A stretch of 64,000 nt of DNA from Steroidobacteraceae bacterium (GCA_040509875.1 JBEVKB010000045.1:2378-66377), one strand, 5' to 3'; numbered from the stretch's first letter, positions 22,325 to 32,536 are shown. Numbers and translations: made by a program. Notes: generated from the letters alone by a model not told the origin.

Positions 22325-23209
22325 ATGACAACCGCTAGCGTCGTCATCCGGACGTATAACGAATCGCGCTATCTCGGCCAGTTGCTCGCGAGCATCCGCA
22401 ACCAGGTTTTTCCCGGCGGCAGTGTCGAAATCGTCCTGGTGGATTCGGGATCGACCGACGACACCGTCGCGATCGGGCAGGCGTTCGATGTGCGATTGGT
22501 GAGAATTGCCCAGGCAGACTTCACTTTCGGACGGTCGCTGAACGTGGGCTGCGAGGCTGCCAGCGGCGACCTGCTGGTTTTCATCAGCGGTCACTGCATT
22601 CCGGTCGGAGTGGACTGGCTCCAGAATCTAGTGCGCCCCATTCTCGCGGCGCAGGCGGTCTATTCATACGGCAAGCAGGTCGGCAACGAGGACAGTTATT
22701 TCAGCGAGCGGCAGCTGTTCCGAAAGTATTTCCCCGATCATTCGATGGTGCCGCAGACCGGCTTTTTCGCCAACAACGCCAATAGCGCGCTCCTTGCGAG
22801 CACCTGGCGAGAACTGCGCTTCGATGAGCAGCTGACCGGGCTGGAGGACATGGACCTGGCGAAAAAAATCTCCGGCAGGCAGCTCGGCATAGCCTATTGC
22901 GCCGATGCTCCCGTCTACCATCTGCACGACGAATCGTGGGGTAAGATCCGGCTACGCTACGAACGGGAAGCCATCGCCCTGCAGAGAATCATGCCCGAGG
23001 TGCAGCTGAGCTTCGGTGATTTCCTGCGCTACTTCACCAGTGCGTGCCTGCTGGATTTCGGCGCGGCCTTGCAGGAGCGCAAGCTGCATCGCGTTGCCGG
23101 AGAGATCGTGATGTTCCGGTTGATGCAGTTCTGGGGAGCCTACCGCGGCAACCACGTGCACAGAGTGATCTCGCGCGACATGAAGAATCGCTACTTTTAT
23201 CCCAGGTAA
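22325..23209 (+). CDS. Glycosyltransferase family 2
   Basis: SVVIRTYNE, LVDSGSTDDT, FGRSLNVG, LEDMD. Confidence 0.88.
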   Translation: MTTASVVIRTYNESRYLGQLLASIRNQVFPGGSVEIVLVDSGSTDDTVAIGQAFDVRLVRIAQADFTFGRSLNVGCEAASGDLLVFISGHCIPVGVDWLQNLVRPILAAQAVYSYGKQVGNEDSYFSERQLFRKYFPDHSMVPQTGFFANNANSALLASTWRELRFDEQLTGLEDMDLAKKISGRQLGIAYCADAPVYHLHDESWGKIRLRYEREAIALQRIMPEVQLSFGDFLRYFTSACLLDFGAALQERKLHRVAGEIVMFRLMQFWGAYRGNHVHRVISRDMKNRYFYPR

Positions 23210-23214
23210 TACAC

Positions 23215-23889
23215 ATGAAGATCGTGGCATTGTTGCCTATGAAGGCCAACAGCGAACGCGTCAAGGGCAAGAATTTTCGTGACCTTGGCGGCAAGCCGCT
23301 GTTTCGCTGGATACTCGACACGCTGCTGAGCGTCCCGGCCATTTCGCAGGTCGTCATCAATACCGACGCCCGCGAAATTCTCGAGCGACATGCGCTGACG
23401 AGCACCGACCGGGTTTTGATACGCGACCGCCGCCCGGAAATCTGCGGCGACACCGTCAGCATGAACCTGGTGCTCGCGGACGACATCCAGAACGTCGACG
23501 CCGACATCTTCCTGATGACGCACACGACCAATCCGTTCCTGTCGGTCGCGACGCTCGAGACGGCGCTCGAGCGCTATCGCGAGGGTTTGCAGGCAGGCAC
23601 TGCCGACTCGCTCTTCACCGTCAACAAGATGCAGACGCGCTTCTATCGCCAGGACGGTTCGCCCGTCAATCACGACCCCGCCAACCTGGTGAGAACACAG
23701 GACCTGGAACCCTGGTTCGAAGAGAATTCCAACTTGTATGTATTCAGTAAAGCCAGCTTTGCGCGCACCGGCGCCCGTATCGGCCTGCGGCCTATCCTGC
23801 TGGAAATGAGCAAAGCGGAAGCGGTCGACATCGACGATCAGGCTGACTGGCAACTGGCTGCGGCGATTGCCGAACAACGGAGAAAGTGA
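23215..23889 (+). CDS. Acylneuraminate (CMP-ulosonate) cytidylyltransferase family protein
   Basis: LLPMKANSERVKGKN...GKPL, THTTNPF, ENSNLY, DIDDQADW; NeuA/KdsB-type fold. Confidence 0.85.
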   Translation: MKIVALLPMKANSERVKGKNFRDLGGKPLFRWILDTLLSVPAISQVVINTDAREILERHALTSTDRVLIRDRRPEICGDTVSMNLVLADDIQNVDADIFLMTHTTNPFLSVATLETALERYREGLQAGTADSLFTVNKMQTRFYRQDGSPVNHDPANLVRTQDLEPWFEENSNLYVFSKASFARTGARIGLRPILLEMSKAEAVDIDDQADWQLAAAIAEQRRK

Positions 23890-24833
23890 TGGGTGAGAAA
23901 TATAAAGTCCTGGTGACCTGTCCGCCGATGCTGCGCATGATCGATGAGCTGCTGCCGCTGTTCAGCTCGCTGAACGTGGAGCTGACTCTGCCCAAAGTCA
24001 CCCAGACGCTGTCGGTCGAAGAACTCCTCCAACTCGTTCCGGCGCACGATGCCTGGATCATCGGCGACGACCCGGCGACGCGCTCGGTATTCGAGGCGGG
24101 CAAGGCCGGACGTCTGAAAGCCGCAGTGAAATGGGGTGTCGGCGTCGACAACGTCGATTTCGCGGCCTGCGCCGATCTCGGCATCCCAGTCACCAATACG
24201 CCCGCGATGTTCGGCGACGAGGTGGCGGACGTGGCGATGGGCTATGTGACGGGTCTGGCCCGGCAGACATTCCTGATCGATCGCGGCGTGAGGAAGGGCG
24301 AATGGCCCAAGCCGCGAGGAATTTCCCTGCGAGGCAAAACCTGCGCGATTCTCGGGCACGGCGACATCGGCCGCAATGTGGTCGCGAGAGTCGTCGCTGC
24401 CGGCATGATTCCCATCGTCTACGATCCCGGGCAGAAGCAATCCGATCTGGTCCCTCCCGCACGCCTGATGGTCTGGCCGGAGGGACTCGAAGCCGCCGAC
24501 TTCCTGGTCGTCACCTGCGCGTTGACTCCATCGTCGCATCGACTCGTAAGTCGTTCGGCGCTGGCGTCGATGAAGCGAGGAGTCCGCCTGGTGAACGTCG
24601 CTCGCGGCCCGATCGTCGACGAGGATGCTCTGATCGATGCTTTGCGTTCCGGGCAGGTGCATTCGGCTGCCCTCGACGTGTTCGAGACCGAGCCTCTGCC
24701 GGCGGCGTCGCCGTTGCGAGCGTTCGAGCAATGCATCTTCGGTTCGCACAACGGTTCCAATACGGCGGACGCGGTCGTGAAAACCAGCGAGATCGCGATG
24801 CAGAAGCTGCTGCGTTTCCTGGATGCGGCGTGA
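23889..24833 (+). CDS. D-isomer-specific 2-hydroxyacid dehydrogenase (SerA-like)
   Basis: KWGVGVDNVD, GHGDIG, LVNVARGPIVDE, ALDVFETEP, GSHNGS. Confidence 0.88.
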   Translation: MGEKYKVLVTCPPMLRMIDELLPLFSSLNVELTLPKVTQTLSVEELLQLVPAHDAWIIGDDPATRSVFEAGKAGRLKAAVKWGVGVDNVDFAACADLGIPVTNTPAMFGDEVADVAMGYVTGLARQTFLIDRGVRKGEWPKPRGISLRGKTCAILGHGDIGRNVVARVVAAGMIPIVYDPGQKQSDLVPPARLMVWPEGLEAADFLVVTCALTPSSHRLVSRSALASMKRGVRLVNVARGPIVDEDALIDALRSGQVHSAALDVFETEPLPAASPLRAFEQCIFGSHNGSNTADAVVKTSEIAMQKLLRFLDAA

Positions 24834-24931
24834 ACGATGCGCCGTGGCGTCGCTGCTGACGTGAACGCCATGGCGATCGGCCGATCTTGCGGTCATGGGC
24901 GACTGCAACCGTTCGCACGAGCCGGTAAGCA

Positions 24932-26416
24932 TTGGAGCACCCGGTGAAGGCGCCGGCCGGGCGCTTGCCTCGGCTCATCGCTCGAGCGTGGGCGTCGCCC
25001 ACCCTGATGACCTGGGGTAGTTTTTTTTCCCGCACTATCGGGATTCTGCTGGTCCTGCCGTTGGTACTGACCCGGCTGGACGTGAATGAAATCGTCGTCT
25101 GGTATCTGTTCACGACGGTTTTTTCATTGCTGTGGATTCTGGACCTGGGTTTCGGATCGACCGCTTCGCGTGCGATTTCGTATGCGGCCGCCGGCGCTCT
25201 CAACATCGGCCAGCCGGCTATCCATTCCCAGTCGCCGCCTGTGCCGAATACCCAATTGCTGTCGCGTATCGTCGCCACGTTGCAAGGGGTCTATGCGATT
25301 CTGGCTGTCATCACGGTCATCGTCCTGGGCACGGCCGGGACATGGGCATTGATGGACCCCATTGCCGCCATTCCCGCCCCGCACGAAGCATGGTTGGCAT
25401 GGGTCGGCATCCTGATCAGCTGTCCGTTGACGATGTGGGGCACTCAGTACGCGGTCTACCTGGAAGGCATCAATCAGGTGGCCCTGTCACGGCGCTGGGA
25501 TATGTTCATCGGGTTCGCCAGCAGCGCATCGATGGCCGTGGCGCTGCATTACAACGGCGGTCTGCTCGAACTGGTGGCGTGCTACCAAGGTTGGGCGCTA
25601 TTGCGGGTCGCCGTTTTCCGTCGATTGCAGCAGCGATTCAGACTGGAGAATCCGGCAGCGGAGCAGTCCGGATTCGATCGCGACACTTTCTCCAGGCTTT
25701 GGGCCGGTGCGTGGCGCAGCGGCGTCGGCGGCGTCATGTCCTATGGGCTGGTCGGGATATCCGGCTTCATGGTGGCGCATGCAGGCGAGCCGACGATGGC
25801 TGCCTCGTTTCTAGTGTCTTCGCGCTTGCTGGACACTCTGCTGCAGTTCAGTCAGGCGCCATTCTACGGTCGGCTGCCGCAGCTTGCGGCGTTACGCGCC
25901 TCCGGCAACGCCGTCGCCCTGATCGCGTCCGCGCGGCGGGGCATGTTGATGGGGTACTGGTGCTTCATGGGCGGCTTTCTGACTCTGGCGCTGTTCGCCA
26001 ATGTCATCCTGCATTTCATCGGCAGTCGCGCCAGCTTCGTCCGACCCGACCTGTGGGCCATCATGGGATTGGCGACGCTGGCGCAGTTTTTCGGAGCGAT
26101 GCACATACAGCTTTACAGCACCACCGACCATATAATCTGGCATGTCGCGAATACGGTCGCGGGGACGATTTTCCTGGCGGTGTGCTGGGTACTGCTCCCG
26201 CATTTGGGCGTGTATGCCGTGCCGACCGGATGGCTATGCGGCTATGCCGGATTCTATGCGTGGTACTCCGCTCGACATGCTTATCGCTCCATCGACGTGA
26301 CGTTCTGGCGGTTCGAGAAGCGCCTGGCCTTGCCTCCGGCGTTGATCATGGTGACTTACGGTGTCTTCGCGATTCTGTCCAACGTCGACCCTCTGCAATG
26401 GGTAAGAGTAAAGTGA
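24932..26416 (+). CDS. Wzx-like polysaccharide flippase 1
   Basis: ~12 predicted TM helices, LDLGFG motif near N-terminus, locus context; start uncertain. Confidence 0.7.
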   Translation: MEHPVKAPAGRLPRLIARAWASPTLMTWGSFFSRTIGILLVLPLVLTRLDVNEIVVWYLFTTVFSLLWILDLGFGSTASRAISYAAAGALNIGQPAIHSQSPPVPNTQLLSRIVATLQGVYAILAVITVIVLGTAGTWALMDPIAAIPAPHEAWLAWVGILISCPLTMWGTQYAVYLEGINQVALSRRWDMFIGFASSASMAVALHYNGGLLELVACYQGWALLRVAVFRRLQQRFRLENPAAEQSGFDRDTFSRLWAGAWRSGVGGVMSYGLVGISGFMVAHAGEPTMAASFLVSSRLLDTLLQFSQAPFYGRLPQLAALRASGNAVALIASARRGMLMGYWCFMGGFLTLALFANVILHFIGSRASFVRPDLWAIMGLATLAQFFGAMHIQLYSTTDHIIWHVANTVAGTIFLAVCWVLLPHLGVYAVPTGWLCGYAGFYAWYSARHAYRSIDVTFWRFEKRLALPPALIMVTYGVFAILSNVDPLQWVRVK

Positions 26417-26712
26417 GGAACCCGGTCGTCCTCGGGAGCCATCTTCACATGCGCTTCGCTGCACCGAATGCAGCAGTCGTTCGCCGGTGAGCGACAGACA
26501 ATCTGATGACGCTGATTTAACGGACGTGACGCAGTATGCTGCCGGGCTAACGGTGCTTGGTTCTCGGACGACGGGACCCGTGCGCTGAGCCCTTACCCAT
26601 TTTTTGCAGAAGCGATGCACATTCAATTCTCCAGGACGATTGCCCGGCCGCCAGGACCTGCAGCTCACGACCGATCGGCGCGCGGGCAGTGTCGATCGGC
26701 CGGCTTGTGACC

Positions 26713-27882
26713 ATGTCGGATCGCAATGGCATGTCCATGGTGAAAATGCTCAGATGGATGAGTCCCGGCATACGCTCCTGCCTTGCCTTGGTTCAGCGCT
26801 GGTTAAGTTCTATCGTCGGCGTCAAGCCGGTATTGGTGGTGAGCGACGCGCCGCTCAGCCAGGCGGAACGCGACGATGTCATCGAGAGGGTCCGCTTCTA
26901 TGCGCCATGGCTGCAGCCGGGCTTGCAGTTCGCGACCGGCTATTCGCTATGGGATGTCATCTCGACGAGAAAAATTCTGTTTCGTGGCGTCGCGTCGCGA
27001 GCGGCGAGGATGCTGCTGCGATTGAGGGCGCAGACGTTCGATATCGATCCGCGTACCAATCCTTCCGAGGGCTCGGAATGGTGCCGGATAAATTTCATGG
27101 ATTCGAGCCGGCCGGCGCCAGACCTGTCGTTGCAACGGCTCGCGTCTTACGTGCGGCAGATCGAGAAGCAGGCGCTGCCGAAGGTATATGCGTTCGGCAC
27201 CGGACCTTCCCTGGAACGCGCGCTGACGATGGACTGGTCGGACGGTTACCGCATCGTCTGCAATACGATCGTAAGGGACCGCGAGCTGTGGACGCACATC
27301 CAGCCGCACTTCATCGTGGCCGCCGATGCAATCTACCACTTCGGGTTCACCGCATTTGCCCGCAGGTTTCGCGCCGACCTGCACGATCGAATGGCTGAAT
27401 CGAACGTGCTCTTCCTGTACCCCGAGATCTTTCACGGCATCGTGAGCCGCGAATTCGGGGCTTTCGCCGAGCGGTTGATTCCTGTGCCGCAAGGACAGCA
27501 TGAAGACTTTCACCGCTCGTTGCTGGAACGCTTTTGCCTGCCCAACCTGGGCAATGTGCTCAATCTGGTATTGCTGCCTCTGGCATGCACCTTGAGCCGG
27601 CGCGTGTATTTGTGGGGTTTCGACGGGCGCGCGCCCGCGGACCAGCTGTTCTGGGCCAATTCGTCCAAGCACAGTTATCCCGAACTGATGGATGCGTTGC
27701 GCACCGCGCATCCCTCGTTTTTTCATCACCACGTGCCAGCCGCGAATCCGTCGAGTTACGTAGCGGCAGTCCACGGGGATACGCTGGACCAAGGCCTGAG
27801 CGTCGCCGAAGCATCGGGCTGGACATTCGTGATGATGCACAAGTCGTGGACGGCGACCCTGCAGAAGCGGTTCGCAGAATGA
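26713..27882 (+). CDS. Maf/DUF115- or GT42-like putative ulosonate transferase
   Basis: YAFGTGPSL, RIVCN, VYLWGFDG motifs as in Maf/CST-type sugar-acid transferases; start uncertain. Confidence 0.5.
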   Translation: MSDRNGMSMVKMLRWMSPGIRSCLALVQRWLSSIVGVKPVLVVSDAPLSQAERDDVIERVRFYAPWLQPGLQFATGYSLWDVISTRKILFRGVASRAARMLLRLRAQTFDIDPRTNPSEGSEWCRINFMDSSRPAPDLSLQRLASYVRQIEKQALPKVYAFGTGPSLERALTMDWSDGYRIVCNTIVRDRELWTHIQPHFIVAADAIYHFGFTAFARRFRADLHDRMAESNVLFLYPEIFHGIVSREFGAFAERLIPVPQGQHEDFHRSLLERFCLPNLGNVLNLVLLPLACTLSRRVYLWGFDGRAPADQLFWANSSKHSYPELMDALRTAHPSFFHHHVPAANPSSYVAAVHGDTLDQGLSVAEASGWTFVMMHKSWTATLQKRFAE

Positions 27883-27982
27883 TTGCTTGCAATCGGCCGA
27901 CGCTGTGCCTGTGCACGAACGCACGAACAGCGTTCGTCGTAGCGGTTGCGGCCGGCAGTCCATTTAAAGAAGGAAGGTCCGA

Positions 27983-28414
27983 GTGATCGAATCAATCATC
28001 AACGGCGGCCGGACGCTGGCCATCATCATTCGGCGCGAGTTTCGCAAAGACGGCATTCATTTCTTCACGCCCAACGATTTTTCACAGCAGCTGGGTTACA
28101 TGAATCGCCCCAAGGGTTATCTCATCCCGCCGCACGTCCACAATCCCGTGGCTCGGGAGGTGCATTTCACCAAGGAAGTCCTGTTCATCAAATCCGGACG
28201 AGTGCGCGTGGATTTCTACGACGATGCGCAGACCTATCTCGAGAGCCGCGACCTGAACGAGGGCGATGTCATCCTGCTCGCCTTCGGCGGCCATGGATTC
28301 GAAATGCTGGAGACGAGCGAGATCATCGAGGTGAAACAAGGCCCATACGCGGGCGAAGCGGACAAGACACGCTTCGAGGGTATCGCTCAAACAACCGTAC
28401 GGACCACCAAGTGA
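27983..28414 (+). CDS. Cupin-fold protein
   Basis: IPPHVHN...EVLFIKSG...GGHGFE...IEVKQGPY metal-binding cupin pattern. Confidence 0.7.
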   Translation: MIESIINGGRTLAIIIRREFRKDGIHFFTPNDFSQQLGYMNRPKGYLIPPHVHNPVAREVHFTKEVLFIKSGRVRVDFYDDAQTYLESRDLNEGDVILLAFGGHGFEMLETSEIIEVKQGPYAGEADKTRFEGIAQTTVRTTK

Positions 28415-28469
28415 ATACTGCGCGCCAGGAATTGCTGATGTCATCGCTTGCCAACTCGAGGATCGTCCT

Positions 28470-29585
28470 GTGACTTTCATTCCCGTCAACGAGCCGCTGC
28501 TGAACGGCAACGAGGAAAAATATCTCGTCGAATGCGTCCGCACCGGGTGGATTTCCTCGGAAGGCCCTTTCGTGAGCCGGTTCGAACAGGAGTTCAGTGC
28601 GCGCATGGGACGAAAGTTCGGCGTCGCGGTGGCCAACGGTTCGGTCGCACTGGATGCTGCCGTGGTGGCGTTGGGCATCGGACCTGGCGACGAAGTCATC
28701 CTGCCGACCTTCACGATCATTTCATGCGCGGCTGCCATCGTTCGGGCGGGGGCGCAGCCAGTGGTCGTGGACTGCGACCCGGTCACCTGGAACATGGACG
28801 TGGCCCAGGTCGAAGCCAGAATCACGCCACGCACCAAGGCGATCATGATCGTTCACATCTTCGGCCTGCCGACCGATGTGGCGCCGTTGCTTGCGCTGGC
28901 CGCAAAGCATGGGCTGCGCATCATCGAGGATGCGGCGGAGATGCACGGGCAGACCTACAACGGCAAGCCCTGCGGCAGCTTCGGCGACCTGAGCATCTTC
29001 AGCTTCTATCCGAATAAGCACGTGACGACGGGTGAGGGCGGCATGATCGTGACGGACGATCCCGCCCTGGCCGAACGCTGCCGGTCGCTGCGTAATCTTT
29101 GTTTCAAGCCCGAACAGCGTTTCGTGCACGATGAACTCGGATGGAATTTCCGCATGACGAATCTCCAGGCCGCGCTCGGTGTGGCGCAGCTGGAGCGCCT
29201 GGATGAGTTCGTGCAGATCAAGCGCGGCATCGGGCGTCGCTATCGTGAATTGCTCGCTGACGTGCCGGGCATCCAGTTGCCGCTGGCCGGCACTGCGTAC
29301 GCGGACAATATCTACTGGGTGTTCGGCCTGGTCCTCGACGACGAGGTCCCTTTCGATGCCAAGGCAATGATGCAGAGGCTGGCCAAACTCGGTGTCGGGA
29401 CGCGGCCGTTCTTCTGGCCCATGCATGAGCAGCCCGTGTTCCTGAAAAGAGGCTGGTTTGCCAACGAACGATTGCCGGTAGCCGAGCGTATCGCCCGCCG
29501 TGGATTTTATATACCCAGCGGCATGGCTCTGACTCAGGATCAGATGGAGCGCTCCGCTGCCGCGGTCAGGGAAGCGCTGCAGTGA
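28470..29585 (+). CDS. DegT-family aminotransferase, GDP-perosamine synthase-like
   Basis: GWISSEGPFV, IEDAAEMHG, SFYPNKHVTTGEGG, GWNFRMTNLQAALG; gmd in same locus. Confidence 0.85.
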   Translation: MTFIPVNEPLLNGNEEKYLVECVRTGWISSEGPFVSRFEQEFSARMGRKFGVAVANGSVALDAAVVALGIGPGDEVILPTFTIISCAAAIVRAGAQPVVVDCDPVTWNMDVAQVEARITPRTKAIMIVHIFGLPTDVAPLLALAAKHGLRIIEDAAEMHGQTYNGKPCGSFGDLSIFSFYPNKHVTTGEGGMIVTDDPALAERCRSLRNLCFKPEQRFVHDELGWNFRMTNLQAALGVAQLERLDEFVQIKRGIGRRYRELLADVPGIQLPLAGTAYADNIYWVFGLVLDDEVPFDAKAMMQRLAKLGVGTRPFFWPMHEQPVFLKRGWFANERLPVAERIARRGFYIPSGMALTQDQMERSAAAVREALQ

Positions 29586-30358
29586 GCGACGTCTTCGGAG
29601 CGTATTCGCGTTACTACGACCTGCTATATCGCGACAAGCCATATTCGCAGGAGGCTGCCTATGTGTCATCGAAACTGCGCACGGCAGCCGGGACGGCCGG
29701 CTCCGTGCTCGAGTTCGGATGCGGCACGGGAACACATGCGGAATTCCTGGCGCGTCAGGGACACACGGTCAAGGGCATCGATCTGAGTGAAGGCATGATC
29801 GCGAGCGCTGACCTGCGCAAGTCGGCGCTGCCGCCGGAAATCGGCGCCCGCCTGTCGTTCGGGTGCGGAGACGCCAGAAGCGTCAGGGTCGGCGAGACCT
29901 TCGACGCCGTGATCGCTCTGTTCCATGTGATGAATTATCAATCGAGCAACGCCGACCTGACGGCGGCTTTCGCTACGGCCGCTTCGCACCTGCAGGTCGG
30001 TGGACTGCTGGTATTCGATTTCTGGTATGGCCCCGCAGTGCTCACCCAGCAGCCTGAAGTACGCATCAGGCGATTGCAGGACGAGGCAACCAGAGTGTTG
30101 CGGCTGGCCGAACCGACGCTCAACGAGAACGAGAGCTACGTCGACGTGAAGTTCACGGTGCTGATCGAGGATGTCGCCAGCGCAGCCCGTCAGGAAATAG
30201 TCGAAATCCATCGCATGCGTTATTTGTTTCTTCCGGAAATAGATTTGTTTCTGGAAGCTGCGGGCTTCGCAAGAATTCAGACGGAGGAGTGGATGACTGG
30301 CAAGCCGTTGAGCCGGGCGTCCTGGAGTGGGCTCGTCGTCGCGCGCAAAGTCGCCTGA
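29582..30358 (+). CDS. SAM-dependent methyltransferase, DesVI/TylM1-like
   Basis: YYDLLYRDKPYSQEA, VLEFGCGTGTH, FDAVIALFHVMNY, HLQVGGLLVFDFWY. Confidence 0.8.
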   Translation: MSDVFGAYSRYYDLLYRDKPYSQEAAYVSSKLRTAAGTAGSVLEFGCGTGTHAEFLARQGHTVKGIDLSEGMIASADLRKSALPPEIGARLSFGCGDARSVRVGETFDAVIALFHVMNYQSSNADLTAAFATAASHLQVGGLLVFDFWYGPAVLTQQPEVRIRRLQDEATRVLRLAEPTLNENESYVDVKFTVLIEDVASAARQEIVEIHRMRYLFLPEIDLFLEAAGFARIQTEEWMTGKPLSRASWSGLVVARKVA

Positions 30359-30398
30359 TCTTCATTCAATCGCCGTTCGCGGAAATCTTCGAGCCTGC

Positions 30399-31601
30399 AT
30401 GCGTCCCTTCGTCCTAACTACGTTTTTCGATGGGCTGCCGGAACACGGCGGCGCATACGTTCATAAGAAAAACATGCTCACGGTGTTTCAGCGCATCAGT
30501 TCTCCTGCGCTGCAAGTCGTGGTCATCTGTTCCACGGATGGCGGTGCGAAGGTCGTGCGCGATCTGGGCTTGCGGGCAGTGGTCCGGAAGCGATCGTTAC
30601 TGGACCGCCTCTGGGGGTTCTTCGTGAGTTCCGATGCGGTCAAGCGGCGCCTGGGTCCACGGCTGGCCAAGGTGTCTTTCGGTCTCGACTACGTGCTGCG
30701 TGGCCTCGGTACGAATCTCGTGATTTTCTCGGGAGACGATGCCCGGGTGCTGCAGGTGCTGACACATAATTACGTCATGCAGGTTTGGGACTTCTGCCAC
30801 CTGGAGCAGCCGGAATTTCCGGAAGTCGCCCACAACGGCGAATTCGAACGACGTCAATGGCTGAATCGGGCTGCCTTGCCCAAGGCCACGGCGCTGGTGG
30901 TGGACTCTGACTACGCCAGCCGACTGGTGCAACGCCTGTACGGAATCGATGGCGGGCGTGTCCACAGCGCGCCTTTCCTGGTGGATGTGAGTTTCGACGC
31001 CGCGGCATTCGACGACGATGTCGAAGCCATCGTTCGCCAGCGTTACCGCTTGACCGACCCCTATGTCTTCTATCCCGCGCAGTTCTGGCCGCATAAAAAC
31101 CATCGCTATATTCTACGTGCGCTGCGGACGATGAAGGATCGCGGCGCCGTGGTTCCGCAACTCGTGCTCTCCGGTTCCGACAAAGGCGCGCTGAGCGCCG
31201 TTCTGGCATTGGCGGCGGAACTGGGTATCGGCGACTACATACGCTACTGCGGTTTTGTCCCGAACGAAGACATGCCGTATCTTTATCGGGGGGCGACCGC
31301 TCTGGTCATGCCGACTTATTTCGGCCCGACGAATATTCCACCGATGGAAGCTGCGGCGCTCGGAGTGCCGGTGTGCTATTCGGACCTGCCGGCGTTTCGC
31401 GAACAGATGGGCGAAGCGGCTTTCTACATGGACCTGGAAAACCCGGCCTCGCTGGCCGACGAATTGGCAAGACTGATCGCACAACCCGCGCACGCAGCGA
31501 AGCGCGTCGCGGGAAGTACCAAGATCGCCGGCGCAATACAGCGGCACACGGCAATTCTCTCGACGATTATCGATCGATATGTGGCGAAGCTCGGGGCCTG
31601 A
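30399..31601 (+). CDS. Glycosyltransferase family 4 (GT-B)
   Basis: FYPAQFWPHKNH, PTYFGPTNIPPMEAAALGVPV. Confidence 0.85.
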   Translation: MRPFVLTTFFDGLPEHGGAYVHKKNMLTVFQRISSPALQVVVICSTDGGAKVVRDLGLRAVVRKRSLLDRLWGFFVSSDAVKRRLGPRLAKVSFGLDYVLRGLGTNLVIFSGDDARVLQVLTHNYVMQVWDFCHLEQPEFPEVAHNGEFERRQWLNRAALPKATALVVDSDYASRLVQRLYGIDGGRVHSAPFLVDVSFDAAAFDDDVEAIVRQRYRLTDPYVFYPAQFWPHKNHRYILRALRTMKDRGAVVPQLVLSGSDKGALSAVLALAAELGIGDYIRYCGFVPNEDMPYLYRGATALVMPTYFGPTNIPPMEAAALGVPVCYSDLPAFREQMGEAAFYMDLENPASLADELARLIAQPAHAAKRVAGSTKIAGAIQRHTAILSTIIDRYVAKLGA

Positions 31602-31669
31602 CATGGCGCGCTTTCAGCCTTCATCGGAACAGGCGGCTGCTGCCGCCTGCGCCTGTCAGGAGTGAGCAG

Positions 31670-32536
31670 ATGGAAATGATGATGGATCGGGACGAGATCA
31701 GTTTGAAGGAACTGGTGCAGATCGTGTGGCGGCAGCGGCTGATGATCGTGCTGGTCACTGCCGCCTCAGCTGTCTTGGTCGGCTTCATAGCCTGGATGCT
31801 GCCGAACAAATACACCGCTACCGTGGTGTTTACTCCGGTATCGAGCAGTTCCGGCGGCAGCCGGCTCGGCGGACTGGCCTCACAGGTCGGCGGACTCGCG
31901 GCTATCGCGGGCCTTTCCATGGGAGAGGACAGCAACAAGGCGGAATCTTCGGCGGTCCTGCAATCCCAGGCTCTCACGACGCGCTACATCCAGCAGAACG
32001 ACCTGCTGCCGGTATTGTTTGCGGATCGCTGGGATGCCCGCAACAAGCAATGGCTCGCGTCGAAAGCCGCGCAGCCGACTCTGTGGACGGGCAATGAGGC
32101 ATTCGAAAAGATCCGCAAGATGACCGACGACAAGAAGACGGGAATCCTCACGCTTTCCATCACGTGGACAGATCCGCACATGGCCGCGAAATGGGCCAAC
32201 GACCTGTTGAAGATGACCAACGATTATCTGCGCGAGAAAGCCATCCTGGAATCGGAACGACACATCGAGTACCTGAAGGAGCAGGCCGCGGCGACGGATG
32301 TAGCGCAACTGCGCACGGCAATCTATTCGGTGCTCGAGTCGGAGATCAAGAACATCATGTTGGCGAAGGGCCCCGGCGATTACGCACTGAAGGTGATCGA
32401 TCCGGCAGTCGCTCCGGAGCGCGCAACGACTCCGAAGCGCGTGCTATGGGCTTTGGGCGGTCTCGTCGGCGGCTTCGCGCTGTCGCTGCTCATCGTTTTC
32501 ATCCGCACGACCTGGCGCAACGGCAGTCCGCGATGA
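31670..32536 (+). CDS. Wzz-like chain-length determinant / polysaccharide co-polymerase
   Basis: DEISLKELVQIVW, N-terminal TM, GGLAAIAG, VIDPAVAPE..PKR + C-terminal TM; no kinase domain. Confidence 0.88.
   Translation: MEMMMDRDEISLKELVQIVWRQRLMIVLVTAASAVLVGFIAWMLPNKYTATVVFTPVSSSSGGSRLGGLASQVGGLAAIAGLSMGEDSNKAESSAVLQSQALTTRYIQQNDLLPVLFADRWDARNKQWLASKAAQPTLWTGNEAFEKIRKMTDDKKTGILTLSITWTDPHMAAKWANDLLKMTNDYLREKAILESERHIEYLKEQAAATDVAQLRTAIYSVLESEIKNIMLAKGPGDYALKVIDPAVAPERATTPKRVLWALGGLVGGFALSLLIVFIRTTWRNGSPR

Noticed and set aside
25021-25028. T8 tract near the start of flippase 1 (also T8 at 61560-61567) as a phase-variation site
   Set aside because: Short, in frame and explained by Phe codons; no evidence of slippage
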